A stretch of 64,000 nt of DNA, from assembly GCA_023515725.1 (NCBI GenBank), contig JALDTO010000179.1, forward strand, positions 266,052-330,051. The letters are read 5' to 3'. Below the pieces are notes generated by a model that made no database searches, had not been told where the DNA came from, and was given only the letters and a program-made list of their open reading frames with translations. Source of the stretch: Amoeboaphelidium protococcarum X5 (Eukaryota > Fungi > Aphelidiomycota). The position numbers were made by a program, and so were the translations under genes. Below are positions 39,065 to 51,218 of this stretch, piece after piece (position 1 is the stretch's first letter; every line of letters starts with the position of its first letter).

Positions 39065-40452
39065 TTATCACATTAACAATGACATTGTTACGTGATTTAT
39101 TGAATCATGTACCTGCCAGAACAGTAACCATTAAAAACCGCACCTCTACCTAGTTGTTTGCACCTCAAGATGCGCGTGAATTAGATGATATTGAGTTGAA
39201 ATTATGGGATTCTTTTGATCAGGATGTCATTATACCGTATAGAATTCATATTTAGCCGCTTTTGGATATGGATTGCTACATTGGAATTAATTAGGATACA
39301 GTCTTTGTCGGTAGTGAGGCGGAAATAAAACACTACTTGATTCGTCGCGTATTTTCGATTGCTGAAGACATCGCCATATCCTTGGGTGGGTCTGTGATTC
39401 ATTAAGATATCGGTCCAGCTGTAGGACTCCATCCTGATCTTATTTTTCGGTACAAGGTCGACCCTAGCTGCGGCTGCATCTTGCCAATTGAGATTAAGAC
39501 AATGTGGGCTTTCGATGTGGATGATGATCTTATTGATTTCACTCATTAAGAGGAGATTAAGAATAAGGTGCTGCGGCAAGAATATGGCTACATGTCCGTT
39601 AATCATAACAGATATGGAATAATCTGTACTGCTGATAAGTTCTTCTTTCTGCGTCGTGGTGGGTCTGATGGGAGATAGTAAAGCACTTTGGAGGTAAGTC
39701 GCGCCGTGCATCGTGATTAAAATGCGCCATTCACGTTGATGGAGGCTGTATGTGCCATGTTTTATCTCTGCGAAGATAAAGATCAATGCATTTACGCGTC
39801 TCCCACTCCTGCAATGTAACCCGATTATCAAGTTTTTGACACTTCTGTTGTGACGCATGTCGGCCTTCATGAAGTATACTTTGAACGAGTTGTTGGCGGT
39901 TCTGAGCTTTATTCAGTTGTATTTGGTGGTATCCATACTTCATTTAGATCCGATGATAATAGGTCAATCGAAATTAGATCGCATTAGTTGGTGTTGAAAA
40001 TGGCTGACTCCACCAAGGATCCAGAGCATTTAAAAGTAGGTGCCATCGATTATGAGCATTAATGTTATCTGAAGTTATCTATATTGCAAGGTACTGTCAT
40101 TCCGAGATTGTTGGCGCGTCTGTCGATTGATGGCTGGATTGAGGCAATAATGATAGAGCGCCTGGAACGTGTATCTTCTGTCGCTGACATTTAAGCACAT
40201 TATCGGCAGTTGCGTGATTCATTATAGTCAATTCATTAAAATGGCGTAGCTCATGGTGACGTTGCACCGCGTAATATAATGTGGAAGGGTGATCAACTGC
40301 TCTTCATTGATTTTGGACACGCAAATTTGGCAAGTCAAATGTCATAATAGGAGTTCTAACAAATGTGTAATCGTGACATCAAGATGTTGAATGAGATTGC
40401 AGGTGTACAAGAAGCATGATGTATCGCTGGTAGTTTGAATAAATATATTTGC
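39065..40452. repeat. Dispersed inverted duplication, arm B
   Basis: Reverse complement of about 23210-24598. Confidence 0.95.
39079..40419 (+). CDS. PD-(D/E)XK nuclease plus protein kinase fusion, copy B (446 aa)
   Basis: Intact frame from ATG 39079 to TGA 40417-40419, with the same motifs as copy A. Confidence 0.85.
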
Positions 40453-40755
40453 ATTTTTTAGTCACATACACTTTATTACCTGTTAAACTTGGCGTATTTA
40501 GATTTCCATTTGTCTTGATTTACACTGGAGAACGATGTGAAGAGGTGTAAATATATAACAATGACTTCAGAAAATAGACAGAATGATACATGCAATGAAT
40601 TTGTATGCGTCAATTCTATGGTCCTGCACAGTAGAGTGAGTGACAAGCCGATTCGCATACTATAATTTATCATGAATCTGCCACCTACAGTACAACGAAT
40701 TTATCAATTTCTTTTTTCTATCTTGATCAACTAAACCACAAAATAGATTGCAAAA

Positions 40756-41966
40756 ATGAGTAAAAATCATATCAAAAGTGCTAAAAGTATCTTGTACAGC
40801 CTTGGATAGCTGCAATAACGCGTAAGTTATCGTCTATATGATAAGGAAATTTCATATCATAAAAACAATATGTAGCTTTCCAATACGGACGAAAATACCA
40901 GTCAGGATGTAAAGGATTAGCTGGCAATGTAGATTACGCGTAATCAAGAAATGGCGTTGGATGCGAAATTGGTAATCTAATTCACTTTAATGCAATGCTG
41001 ATAGATTTATTACATTCGTATAATATGTAGATTTAGTGCGAGAAATAGCATAGAAGAGAAATTAAGAAGCTTCTCACGTTTCATTTTCAAAAGCTCACCA
41101 AGAAGCTCTCTGCATTGCGATCAGATCTTGAATAGGACCAAGATATTTAATCTGCTCAAGATCTCAAAGCTAAAATTTCCCATTTAGAAACTGAATTAAT
41201 TCAAGCTAAAATGTCTGATATAGACTGGATTAGTAATCATTCCTGGAATTAGATATAGTCTGGGCTCTCCCGCGGTAAAAGTGTAGATCTCAGCGACAAC
41301 AATACTGACAGTGATGATAGTACTCAAGATGGTGACACTTGCAAGCCACTGATCATTGATGATAATTCTAAAAGGGCACTCTAGCGTTTATAGGATGATA
41401 AGAAGTATAAGAGCTTTGTTTAAGAATTGAAATCAGACTATGAAGCATTTAAAGAGCGCGTCTTTAAAGTCAATAAGCAGCACATGGAGAAACGTAAAGA
41501 AGATGTCGATAATGCTAAAGTTGCGCGCAAGTCCAACAGCTAACCGCGTTAGACTTTTAAGAGACCGCGATTTGATCCTGATGAAATTGACTTTGATGAC
41601 CTGATTGAGGATCCCGCAGTAAAAGCGCTGGAGTAGTAGTAGAAAAAGAAGAAGAATCGTCCTGGGTAATAAGCACGAAAGAGAAGTTATCTAGAGTAGA
41701 TTGGGTCTGCCAAGGGGCGCGATGGAAGACGCTCTCATACAACTGTTGTAGAACGCGACGACAGAAATAAATAATCTCTAATACCTGACCGGAGGGAGAA
41801 GCGAATTGAATCTATTAAGCGTAATCGTGGTGGTGTCAAGTCGAAAGTAAACTCGTAACGATCCAACACATTACATCCGTCATGGGAGGCTAAGAAGAAA
41901 TTGCAACAGGCTGGAATAGTTCCCTCTGCTGGCGTAAAGATTAAGTTTGATAGCGACGGTGAGTGA
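40756..41966 (+). CDS. BUD22: Bud22/SRFBP1 ribosome biogenesis factor, intron 40972-41030
   Basis: KKKKNRPGQQARK and C-terminal LHPSWEAKKK...GVKIKFD. Confidence 0.88.
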
Positions 41967-42436
41967 TGCGCTCCAGTTAATAATACTCTCTCTATCACTC
42001 AGCGGAAAAAATATTCTGAGTTGAAACTTGCACTTTCCTTTAAATCATATAACTGCGTTTTTCTATTGAATTTTTAATACGCTCCCTATGAACGTCAACA
42101 GTATCAATCAATAATGGAATGTGATACCAGTCAGTCAGCCAAGGAGACAGACAGCCTACAAGAAGATCGATCAAACAAATGGCTCAAACAAAGCCATTCG
42201 CGCGCAGACTTTTCTCCGGCAATTCCAGTCACAATGGAAGAAACAAACGCGCGTGCCGATTCTGTTTGCCACAATAGTGACCGTTTCCGCCGACGTTACA
42301 GAGATTTTCAACATCTCCATCCATCGATTTTGCCTTGCTGCCGATTGCTACCCAGTTCAGCTTTTCTTTACTTGTTGTTGTTGTTGAACTTTCTTACATT
42401 GACTCGCTGGTATCCATTAAGTTTCCGATTAGTAAT

Positions 42437-43951
42437 ATGGTCTCCTCTTATAGTTAGTTGTATACGCTGGACCAGCTAAAGACTTAAAACTAATCTAAAG
42501 AGTCTGACAGCATCAGCAGCAGCAGCGATGGTGGAAGTAGTAATTCTTCCGATAATGCTCTGGTACTGATCAACAATCAAGTGTATGATGTGAAAGAGTT
42601 CAGCGAAGTTCATCCTGGTGGTAAAGTTATCCTCTCATACGCCAATGGTCAAGATGCGACAGATCCATTTAATGCTTTCCATCCAGAGTCTGCGCATGAA
42701 GTTTTGGCCAATTTCTACGTTGGCGATCTGCATCCCGATGACGTAACGAAGATTAAGTTGACTGCTGGTGTTGATAGTTCCCAATAACCTTAGTCCTAGT
42801 AGCAATCTACCAAGTTGAGTTTCGCCAAAGCTATCGAGGACTATAGATAACATATTACTCGTCTTGGTTATTTTGAGAGTGATAAATTATTCTACTTGTG
42901 GAAGAATCTTCAGATTTTGGGTGTTGTCTGTTTATCCGTGTTGACTCTGTGTTACAAGCCCGACTCTGTAATTAATGTGGTCGTTAGTGCCATGTTACTT
43001 GGTGTCGCTTGGTAGTAGTCTGGCTGGCTGGCACATGACTATCTGCATCATCAAGTGTATTAGAATCGATCTATCAACAACTTGTTTGGGTACCTGTGGG
43101 GCAATGTATTTCAAGGCTTCAGTGTTGCGTGGTGGAAGAATAAGCATAATACACACCATAGCCATCCTAATGTTCATAATTTTGATCCAGATGTGGACAC
43201 CATGCCGGTACTTGGCTGGTCCAAGTATGCGATTGCTGATTATGTTGAGTAGGTGTCTTGTCAGTAGGCTGAACGCAAGGCAGCAGCTGCATCTGAATAG
43301 TAGCTGGATGGTCAATAGTCTTCATAGACTCGCCCTATTTCAGTGTCCAAGTTGGTCAAGTATCTGCTATACAATCAGGCCACTCTATATTTCATAGTCT
43401 TAACTTTTGCGCGCTTATCCTGGGCTGAATAATCTCTGGAGTATGCTCTGGTCATGAAAAACAATAATACCTCCAAGTGGATTGAACTCGCCACTCTGTC
43501 CTCTCATTGGATGTTGTACTTTTACTTTATTGGCTCCGTGATCAGTACCTGGCCACTAATGGTGCTGTACGTTATTGTCAGTCAATGTACTTGTGGCCTC
43601 CTGCTGGCCTTTGTATTCTCCTTGAATCATAATGGTATGCCTATTTACACGCAGGATGAGAGTTCTGAAATGTCCTTTTATGAACTGCAGATCCAGACTG
43701 GCCGTGATGTCATCCCGACTGTGTTTAGCACCTGGTTCACTGGCGGACTCAACTACCAGATTGAACATCATCTGTTCCCATCTCTGCCTCGTCATCGCCT
43801 ACCCCTAGTGTCTGCAAAGGTGCGTGAACTGTGCCTCCAATACAGTATTCCATATCACGTAACCTCATTCTCAGAGGGTACCAAGGAAATTTTGAACCGA
43901 TTGGATCATGTTAGTTCTGTAGCACAAATGCTTTTGAATGCAGAAGAGTGA
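42437..43951 (+). CDS. Front-end (delta-6-like) fatty acid desaturase with fused cytochrome b5
   Basis: HPGG; WQQSGWLAHDYLHH; WWKNKHNTHH; GGLNYQIEHHLFP. Confidence 0.93.
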
Positions 43952-44067
43952 ATAAATATATATTGGTTATGGAGACTTTGTGAATGTTAAAAGTGAGATT
44001 TTGATTGAATGAAATCTTGAGTCGATTGCGGACTTGGTTGTTTAGTTTTTATATAGCTTTATAATGA

Positions 44068-44763
44068 TCATATATAATACAAAGAGTTTATGATGCCGGC
44101 GAGACTTCGAGTTGAAGGAGAGTAATCTCTCACCGATTAAGTGCATGCACCAGATTAAATGAGCTCAGAGATGGCATCACCCAGAGATGAAGCTTTGGAG
44201 ATATCGCAACACTCACCTAGTTGAGACAATTTCTATGCAAGTTCCTTCTAATGATTGTCCATTAAGGAATCATTAACTTTTACCAGAAGTTTTAGTTTAA
44301 TCATTTGATCTTATGCAGTCGCTTGTGTACTTAACTTTCGCGCAGACGCTGTATTATTCAATAGCATTACCGGACGCCTACCACGTAAGCCTTCAACTAT
44401 TGACCCTGATCCGGCGTGAGTTATAACCAGGTGTGCATTTTGGAAATAGGAGGTTAGACTAGCTGCATACTCAATCCTTGTTATTTTGCATTATCCTCCA
44501 TATAAAGAAGCTGATGGTCGCGACTTGCCGTGCTAGACTAAAAGATGAACAAGCGTATTCTAATCAGTACCACCAGCAGCGATAAACGGATCATCACCAT
44601 CAGCCATCATAGACTATCCCGTAGATTCTACCGGGTGATCATTATCGATATCCGTCTAAATGCATGCAGAGAGACGCACGAGACTCTGTATAAACTAATC
44701 ATCAATCATATCAATAAGCGAATCGAATCGCGTAGTTCCCACAGTTACCAACACCTTAAGCAT
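44068..44763 (-). CDS. ALG13: UDP-GlcNAc transferase subunit Alg13
   Basis: VLVTVGTTRFDSLI, VITHAGSGSIVEGLR, VNDSLMDNHQKELA. Confidence 0.92.
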
Positions 44764-45016
44764 ACCTAATTCAAAGATTAAAAGCTTCCACAATTAACAT
44801 AACACGAGTGTTTAAAAGACAAAGTTCAAACCGCGCTCGTTCGTTCGTTCTTTAACTGAGCAAAGTTTTCATCGTTCAACTCCACTCTGAGCGTTCCTTT
44901 ATCTTTGATTCTCTTTCCTTATAAAGTAACATCGAAGAGCCATTTTTATAACACTATAATAAGAGAGTCTTACTGCATCGCTCTTCTCCAATAAATACAA
45001 GAAATTTAAAATTAAT

Positions 45017-45601
45017 ATGCTGCTAAAGTTTAATAGAGTCTGTGGAGTGGTCAAGAGATTCAAGAGTAAGCAGATTGTGCCAGCAGTCAGCTAAGTACCG
45101 GCACCTGTGCATCATGGAGAAGAAGATTCTATTGTGGTAAAGAGCACCACCTCTGTGCCCACATATAGCGATGATGGATAGAAATTAGCTGCTGATGTAG
45201 TTAACATCAAAGATGACTTGTAGAGTATAATCGCTGATCGAGACATTCAACTTACTAGTGGGGTACCGCCAGAGATGACACGGCGTCGCGTTCAGATTTA
45301 CAAGGCTGCCAAGAGTGTGATGTAGAGTGGCCCGCAGTCTTCGTATTATCGCATCCAGTTTGACCCTGATTAGGATAATACAAAGTGGGATAATAAACTC
45401 ATGGGCTGGTCATCCACGAATGATCCTGTGCAGGCGGTGAATCTGAAGTTTAACGATGTTAATGAAGCTATTCGATTTGCAATGAAGAATGGCTGGGATT
45501 ACGTGGTCAATGAACCGCAGTACCCAAAGTTTACGCCCAAGTCTTATGCAGATAATTTTAAATACCAAGCAGGCCAACTCAGATTTGTAAAAACCAAGTG
45601 A
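45017..45601 (+). CDS. NDUFS4: Complex I subunit NDUFS4
   Basis: SGVP, RRVQIYKAAKSVMQSG, WDNKLMGWSSTNDP, AIRFAMKNGWDY, KSYADNF. Confidence 0.95.
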
Positions 45602-45713
45602 ATATTATTATTATTATCAATCTTACTAGACTATTCTGAATACTCTTTATTACGGTAGATCCTTTTCTCTTTCATCATCTCACGCAAAGTGTGGGTGTGT
45701 GATCTCTTATAAA

Positions 45714-46348
45714 ATGTTGTAATAACGATAGAAATAATAAAAGATTATTGTTGACACTTTTAAATTGGTGACTAATTTGGAGCGTAATGGTCTGAGTAGA
45801 AGTTAATCAGTCAAAGCTGTCAATGTTCTGCTTAACATGGCGGATGATGAAGCATCCAACATAAGGCAGCAGTTGGTCACTAAATAGCAGACTGATCATG
45901 ATTTTGTTGCATACAAAGTTCGCCTCCATGAACTCAAATCAGGTACACATATCCAATTTACATGCTGTATATACTTGAATTCTTGTATTTTCTAAAAGTT
46001 TATGTAGAGTTGGCATCGCTTAGAAAGACAGAGACTGCAGCGTTGTAGTAGTAGACATCCTCCATCTAGAAAGATTTGGACTTGCTCACTTTGAAGTGGA
46101 AAGAGGATTTTAATACTGTCAAATCGGACTTGTAGTTGGATATGAATACACGAAAGTCTGAGATGAAGTAGGAGACGCAAAAGAATGAGATTAGAATCCA
46201 AGATATTCTGCATAGAGTCTAGTTGAATGCTGGTGATCTCAAGACCTCCCTCGAGACGATGAAGCTTGAACTTCTCACCAAGTGGTCCGCTGGTATTGTA
46301 CTCGGAGTCGCTGCCTCTCTAGTATTTGCTCTTAAAGTATGGCATTGA
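45714..46348 (+). CDS. DUF1640/CCDC90-family mitochondrial coiled-coil protein, intron at about 45943-46008
   Basis: VDTFKLVTNLERNGLSRSQ, DLQLDMNTRK, LKTSLETMKL, and a C-terminal TM helix. Confidence 0.75.
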
Positions 46349-46558
46349 TGAATATTATGGTGATTATATAAAGTGTGTTCAGTTTATGTGATAGACAGTT
46401 AATGTTCAGTTTATATGGTACAAGAGAACAATAGTTTTAAATCAAATTCTCTTTAACATCATCATCATCATCACATTCAAAAGTACAAGGACACTCCAGT
46501 TTGATTCTCAGCAAAGATATCCACCAGGTAATAGCAATAATAATAATAACATCATTAC

Positions 46559-49252
46559 TCAATCCTAAGACTCGAATAGAGTCACAAGCTCCTTAACATG
46601 CTTTGCAATTTCATACGCAGCTGCGGCTAATTTCTGCTTACTTGGCTTCACCTGCTATGACTATTATTATTATTCAGAAGTGGAGGTGGCTGACTGTGTC
46701 ATCTGAGCACCCATCTCATTCAGCTTCACATTGCTCGTTGTCAGGGAATCGAGAATATCAGAGCCCTTCTTCTGCTGCTGTGCAGATTGACAATGCTGAT
46801 TCAGCGTTGCACCAGACTCTTTGGTCAGACTTTTCACCACAGTGCCAATATTGTCAATAGACTCTGTAAATTCTGCACCAAAATTAGACTACTTCATGGC
46901 CAGGAGGAGCACTTGGATGTTTTGCACAATCAAATCTGTCTACTGCTCCAAGTACGATCTCAACTCTTCTACAGTAAGCACATTCTTAGCCTAAACTGAC
47001 GGCTTTACGACTCTCTCCATCGTCTTTTCCATATGATTATTATTACCGCTATCACCGCCATTCATGCTGCCAGATGCAGCAGACATTGGAGTCACAACTT
47101 CAGAGTAGGACTCTTCACCATTGGCAGATGGAAGCTACTGTTTTAAGTGAGCATCTGATCCATCAACGAGGACTTTCAACAGGGAGACGGCCTTTCGCAC
47201 AGAATCCACCAGGTTCTTTGCAGCAGATGTGAGAGCATTATAGTTGCTGGATACATCCAATTTTTTCGTGATATCATTGACCAAATTCTTACTAACACTC
47301 ACTAGCTGATTCATGTGATCATTGATGTTGTTATTGATAGTACTCAGCTCCTTGTCAGACTTCGATGACTGCTGGACAACATCCATTATGGCTTTACATG
47401 AGGTGACAATTGATCTCGCGGAAATGGCAAGTCCTTATGCGTCTTTATCTTTACCATAAGTGAGCATATTCTTCAGATCCATCTTGAAGAAGATCAGCAC
47501 CGAGGTGGAGAAGCGTCCTTGATGATCAAAAAGGGACATGTTATTCAGATCCAAAGCATCCAACAGCTCTTCAGACTGCTCCTTCTTAGAAGCACCACTG
47601 TTCTTGCCCTTCTTATAATCGGACAGCTACTTGTTCAAAGCCTCAATCTCATCAGACAGACTCAATAGAGTAGCATCCTTGGTATCAATAGCACTCCGCA
47701 AATTCTCATGCTCCACAGATTTTTTGGCCATTTGCTCATTCGCAGCTGCCACCTTGTCCTTGTGCTCTTTCAACTCCTTCTCTTTAGACAGAAGTTCAGC
47801 TTTCAGAGATTTCACCTACTCTTAGTACGTTGAGATCTCATCTTCCAAATCTTTTTACTTCTGAACGGCATCACTCAAACTACTATCCATCTCCTGGATG
47901 GTCTGCTTGTAAGCAGTGATGTCAGCCTCAAGCTTCTGTAGCTCTTCTGTATTCACAGATAGCTTAGTGATGAGATCCTTGTTCCTCTGCTGCAACTCTT
48001 TTTAATCAGCCTCCAACTTTTGTCTGGTACTTTTCTGCTCCTCAAGCTAAGCATTGGCCTTGTCCAAATTGGTTGACATTTACTTGATCTCTTTTCGCAA
48101 GGAATCAACCATATCACTGCTAGATGATGGTGCTACTGCCGCTTTAGAGTCAACTTATCGACTCTTGTCGCCATAATTATCATCTTCCTTGCTCAGGCTA
48201 CTCAATCGTGGCTTTGCCTGCACATCCAGAGGAAGACTACTGGTCTGCTTTACCATCTCTTTACTACTTTAACCGGAAGACTATTAAACCTTTGTTGAAG
48301 ACGTTACCTTCTGAGAAGAGGATGAAGAGGACTTAAGTGGCACAGTATTACTACTAGGAGACGTGACAGCATCAGTAGCAGGAGATGGGTTGTCAATCAT
48401 TGAGCCCAGATCAGCCATAAGATTATCAAGAGACGTAAAGTTTACCATTCCCGTGACATCCTTCAATCCCTAAGCAGATTTCTTCTCAGAGCTTGGTGCT
48501 TACTTTGGCTTTGAGACGGATGAATCGTTAGACGTGGTGGTCTTTGTCTGATTATTAAACTCCTGGCTCTTCTGCTTTACAAAATCAGGCTTCTTCGGAG
48601 TAGAATCAAGTGATGCAGCTTATGTGGTAGATGGTTATTACAACTTACTAGTGTTATTAGTATTATTACCCATGGATCCCACTTCACTGACGCTATAAGT
48701 AGCAATCGATACATCGCTCTTATAGGCTGCGTCAGATCCACCACCTTGATAACTGTTAGCAGATTGTGGTTCAAGCACCTCCGGATACCTTCTCTCCAAC
48801 TCACTGAAAACATCAGAAGCCAAATCCTTGAAGCGATTCATACTGAGAGTGGCCAACTTCTGCCTGGCCTGATTCCGCTTCTGATGAAAGCTATCATTCA
48901 CTGGCAGAAATTGCACCTTCTCACCATTCTCATTACCGGGGATGAGACGTCGGTTCATCTCATCATAGACATCAGTGGACAGTTCATGGAATTGAGATCC
49001 ATTGAGTCGAGTCAACTTATCTCTTGCCGACTATCGCTAACTAGAAATTCCTGCTTACTCTACATACACACAATATAATTAACTGGAGTTGATAGCCAGT
49101 GACTTTGAACAATACATAAATCAATGTAATATCATACCTTTCAATAAGTGACTACGCAGAAAGTCCTTCAATGCAGAGTGATGTTTAGCTGCACTTTACT
49201 GCAGATCATAATCTTTATTATTATTACTATTACTCTGACTAATACTTGACAT
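46559..49252 (-). CDS. SPA2: Polarity scaffold Spa2/GIT-like, intron 49060-49137
   Basis: Two SHD repeats (ARDKLTRL...QFHELSTDVYDEMNRR; RNQARQKLATL...RFKDLASDVFSELERRYP), a coiled coil, and GIT1_C-like AAYEIAKHVKELV. Confidence 0.9.
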
Positions 49253-49875
49253 TTTCTGATAAATAGTCCGAGTGTTTAAATTTCAACTTAATCGCGGATT
49301 ATATTTATACTAACAGTTACTTGATAATAGATAGAATTAATCCAATGGGGCAATTACAAACAAATCAGATATTAACAAAATGACAGACTAGATGAATTTA
49401 TAATAATAACTAACAATGCTATTGTTGCTGTTGTTGAAATTAAAAAGGAATCAAACGGAATCGTCAAAAGTTGAAACAACGTCGGGCGGTCAAACAACAA
49501 CAACTGTTACAGTTTTTCGTCAGCTTGCAATTTATCGGCAATTCAACGCGGCGCTCTGATTGGTCTCACTGATTGAGATTGAACGTTGGTGTAACACTCG
49601 GAAACTGTGTACCTTTTAATTCTTCATTCAATGTTTGAACTACTGTGGCACTTATTTCAGTCTTTTTTGCAAATTTTTTGGATCTACCATACATTCTTTA
49701 TAAACTATACAAGCAGATGAAGATTTATGAACTTGTCGTATGATCGTCTTCAATTTTCGTCCTCAATTTTCCCGCGTTGAAGCATTACTTTCCGTAAGAG
49801 CTCGATTTGATAGCGCCGCTCTTTTCTTTATACGTTCTGTGCTGTGTTTAGTTCCTAATATACTCTTCTAACGTA

Positions 49876-50910
49876 ATGTTACAAGATCAGTAGAATGTTG
49901 GCGTTTCTTTAATCAGCAGAGTTGTGGAGCTAATTTAGCTGTATGTCGATGTTGTAGTTTTAGATTAGTTACCCGGTAAAGAAGAAGAGTTGGTAAAGTA
50001 AGCAGTGGATGTGCACAGGAGTGTGGAACGTGCCGGTCTGTTCTCTGTCAATGAAGAGGCTCAAGATCTAAGTACTTAATCCATGCTATGTTTGGTGGTG
50101 TATTTTATTGCTGGTTATTCACTCACCTCCTATGGCCATTTATTGTCTACCACAGATGCTTAAATAGATGAACAAGTGCGTAATTAGACGCGTTTGAATG
50201 TTTTGAATGACTCCAAGTCGACTGTTTTACAAGGCTTAGAATGGATATAATCCTATAAGCTAGTGGATGACTTTAGTTTGTAAGATTTATAGCGTTCAAA
50301 GCCAGCAAATGTATCCAGGGAGGATAAAATTGCATAATTTAAGGCTAAAAAGCTGTTGTAATAGTAAGTTAGTGATCTCTCTGCACTCAATACCAGTGTA
50401 GATGAAGAGCATAGACGGGAATTTATACGTACCAAGTGGTTAAAGTATGTGACTATTGAAAGTTGCGCGCTCTTGCAGATGATTGATGATGAAATTTAGC
50501 TCATCAAGCAGAAGATGGAAGATTCTACTGATCGTTTCCAGTAAAAGTAAAGAGATGGTGGTTCAGTGCAGTTCTCAAAGTCTTCAACTCCATAGTCAGG
50601 ACCATTGTTGTCCAGGGAAGGCAAACCATTGCGTCCGTTTGTGATAACTGTCCGTAATGAATTGTAAAAGCAAGTGTTTCGTCCTGGCCACAATCTACCT
50701 ACAATGTCTATCGATCAGTACCTAGAGAATGAAAGAGCACGCGGCAACATCTTGTCTTAGAATGACTCATCATAAGATGCGTAGAAAAGTGAACAAGACG
50801 AAGACATTTTATAGTACGATGAAGCTGCACGTCAGAAGGCTATATCTTGGGATCAGTTCAAAGAAGACAATCCTAAAGGCTGGGGCAATAAGGGAAGCAA
50901 TATTGGATGA
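49876..50910 (+). CDS. TAP42: PP2A regulator Tap42/IGBP1
   Basis: LFSVNEE, REDKIAQFK, GKPLRPFVI, VFRPGHNLPTMSIDQY, WDQFKEDNPKGWGN. Confidence 0.93.
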
Positions 50911-51218
50911 ATATTTCTTCTGTATTTATTAAATCTAATAATGAGTTAATTATAGTGTGAACGTTAACTGGATACAATCGATGAGTGTTTCTCACGTTGT
51001 CGCGTCGATCGATTTCTATCGCGTTTCACTTTCTCTCTCACTGTTCTCATCTGTGGGTGGAATTGTTTTGTTTCCGTTTCACTCGGTCAGTCAGTTTCAT
51101 CTTTTAACTTTCTTCGCCTTCATGTGAAACAATTGTGTTTCTGACGTTATTTCAGTAGTAGTTATAGTATTCTAATTATTTTCTTGATATATTTGTGTAT
51201 TCTAGTATTATCTATATA

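Noticed and set aside
39202-39870. 222-aa minus-strand ORF (and the related + strand ORFs 23792-24091 and 24230-24460)
   Set aside because: These are antisense shadows of the nuclease-kinase genes. The frame is broken into pieces in the other copy, while the opposite strand carries the catalytic motifs.
23210-40452. Composite transposon with 1.4-kb terminal inverted repeats
   Set aside because: The arms are diverged protein-coding genes, no transposase or TSD is visible, and the interior contains core housekeeping genes.
42114-42479. 121-aa ORF upstream of the desaturase
   Set aside because: No recognisable homology, overlaps the desaturase start out of frame, and lies in promoter-like sequence.
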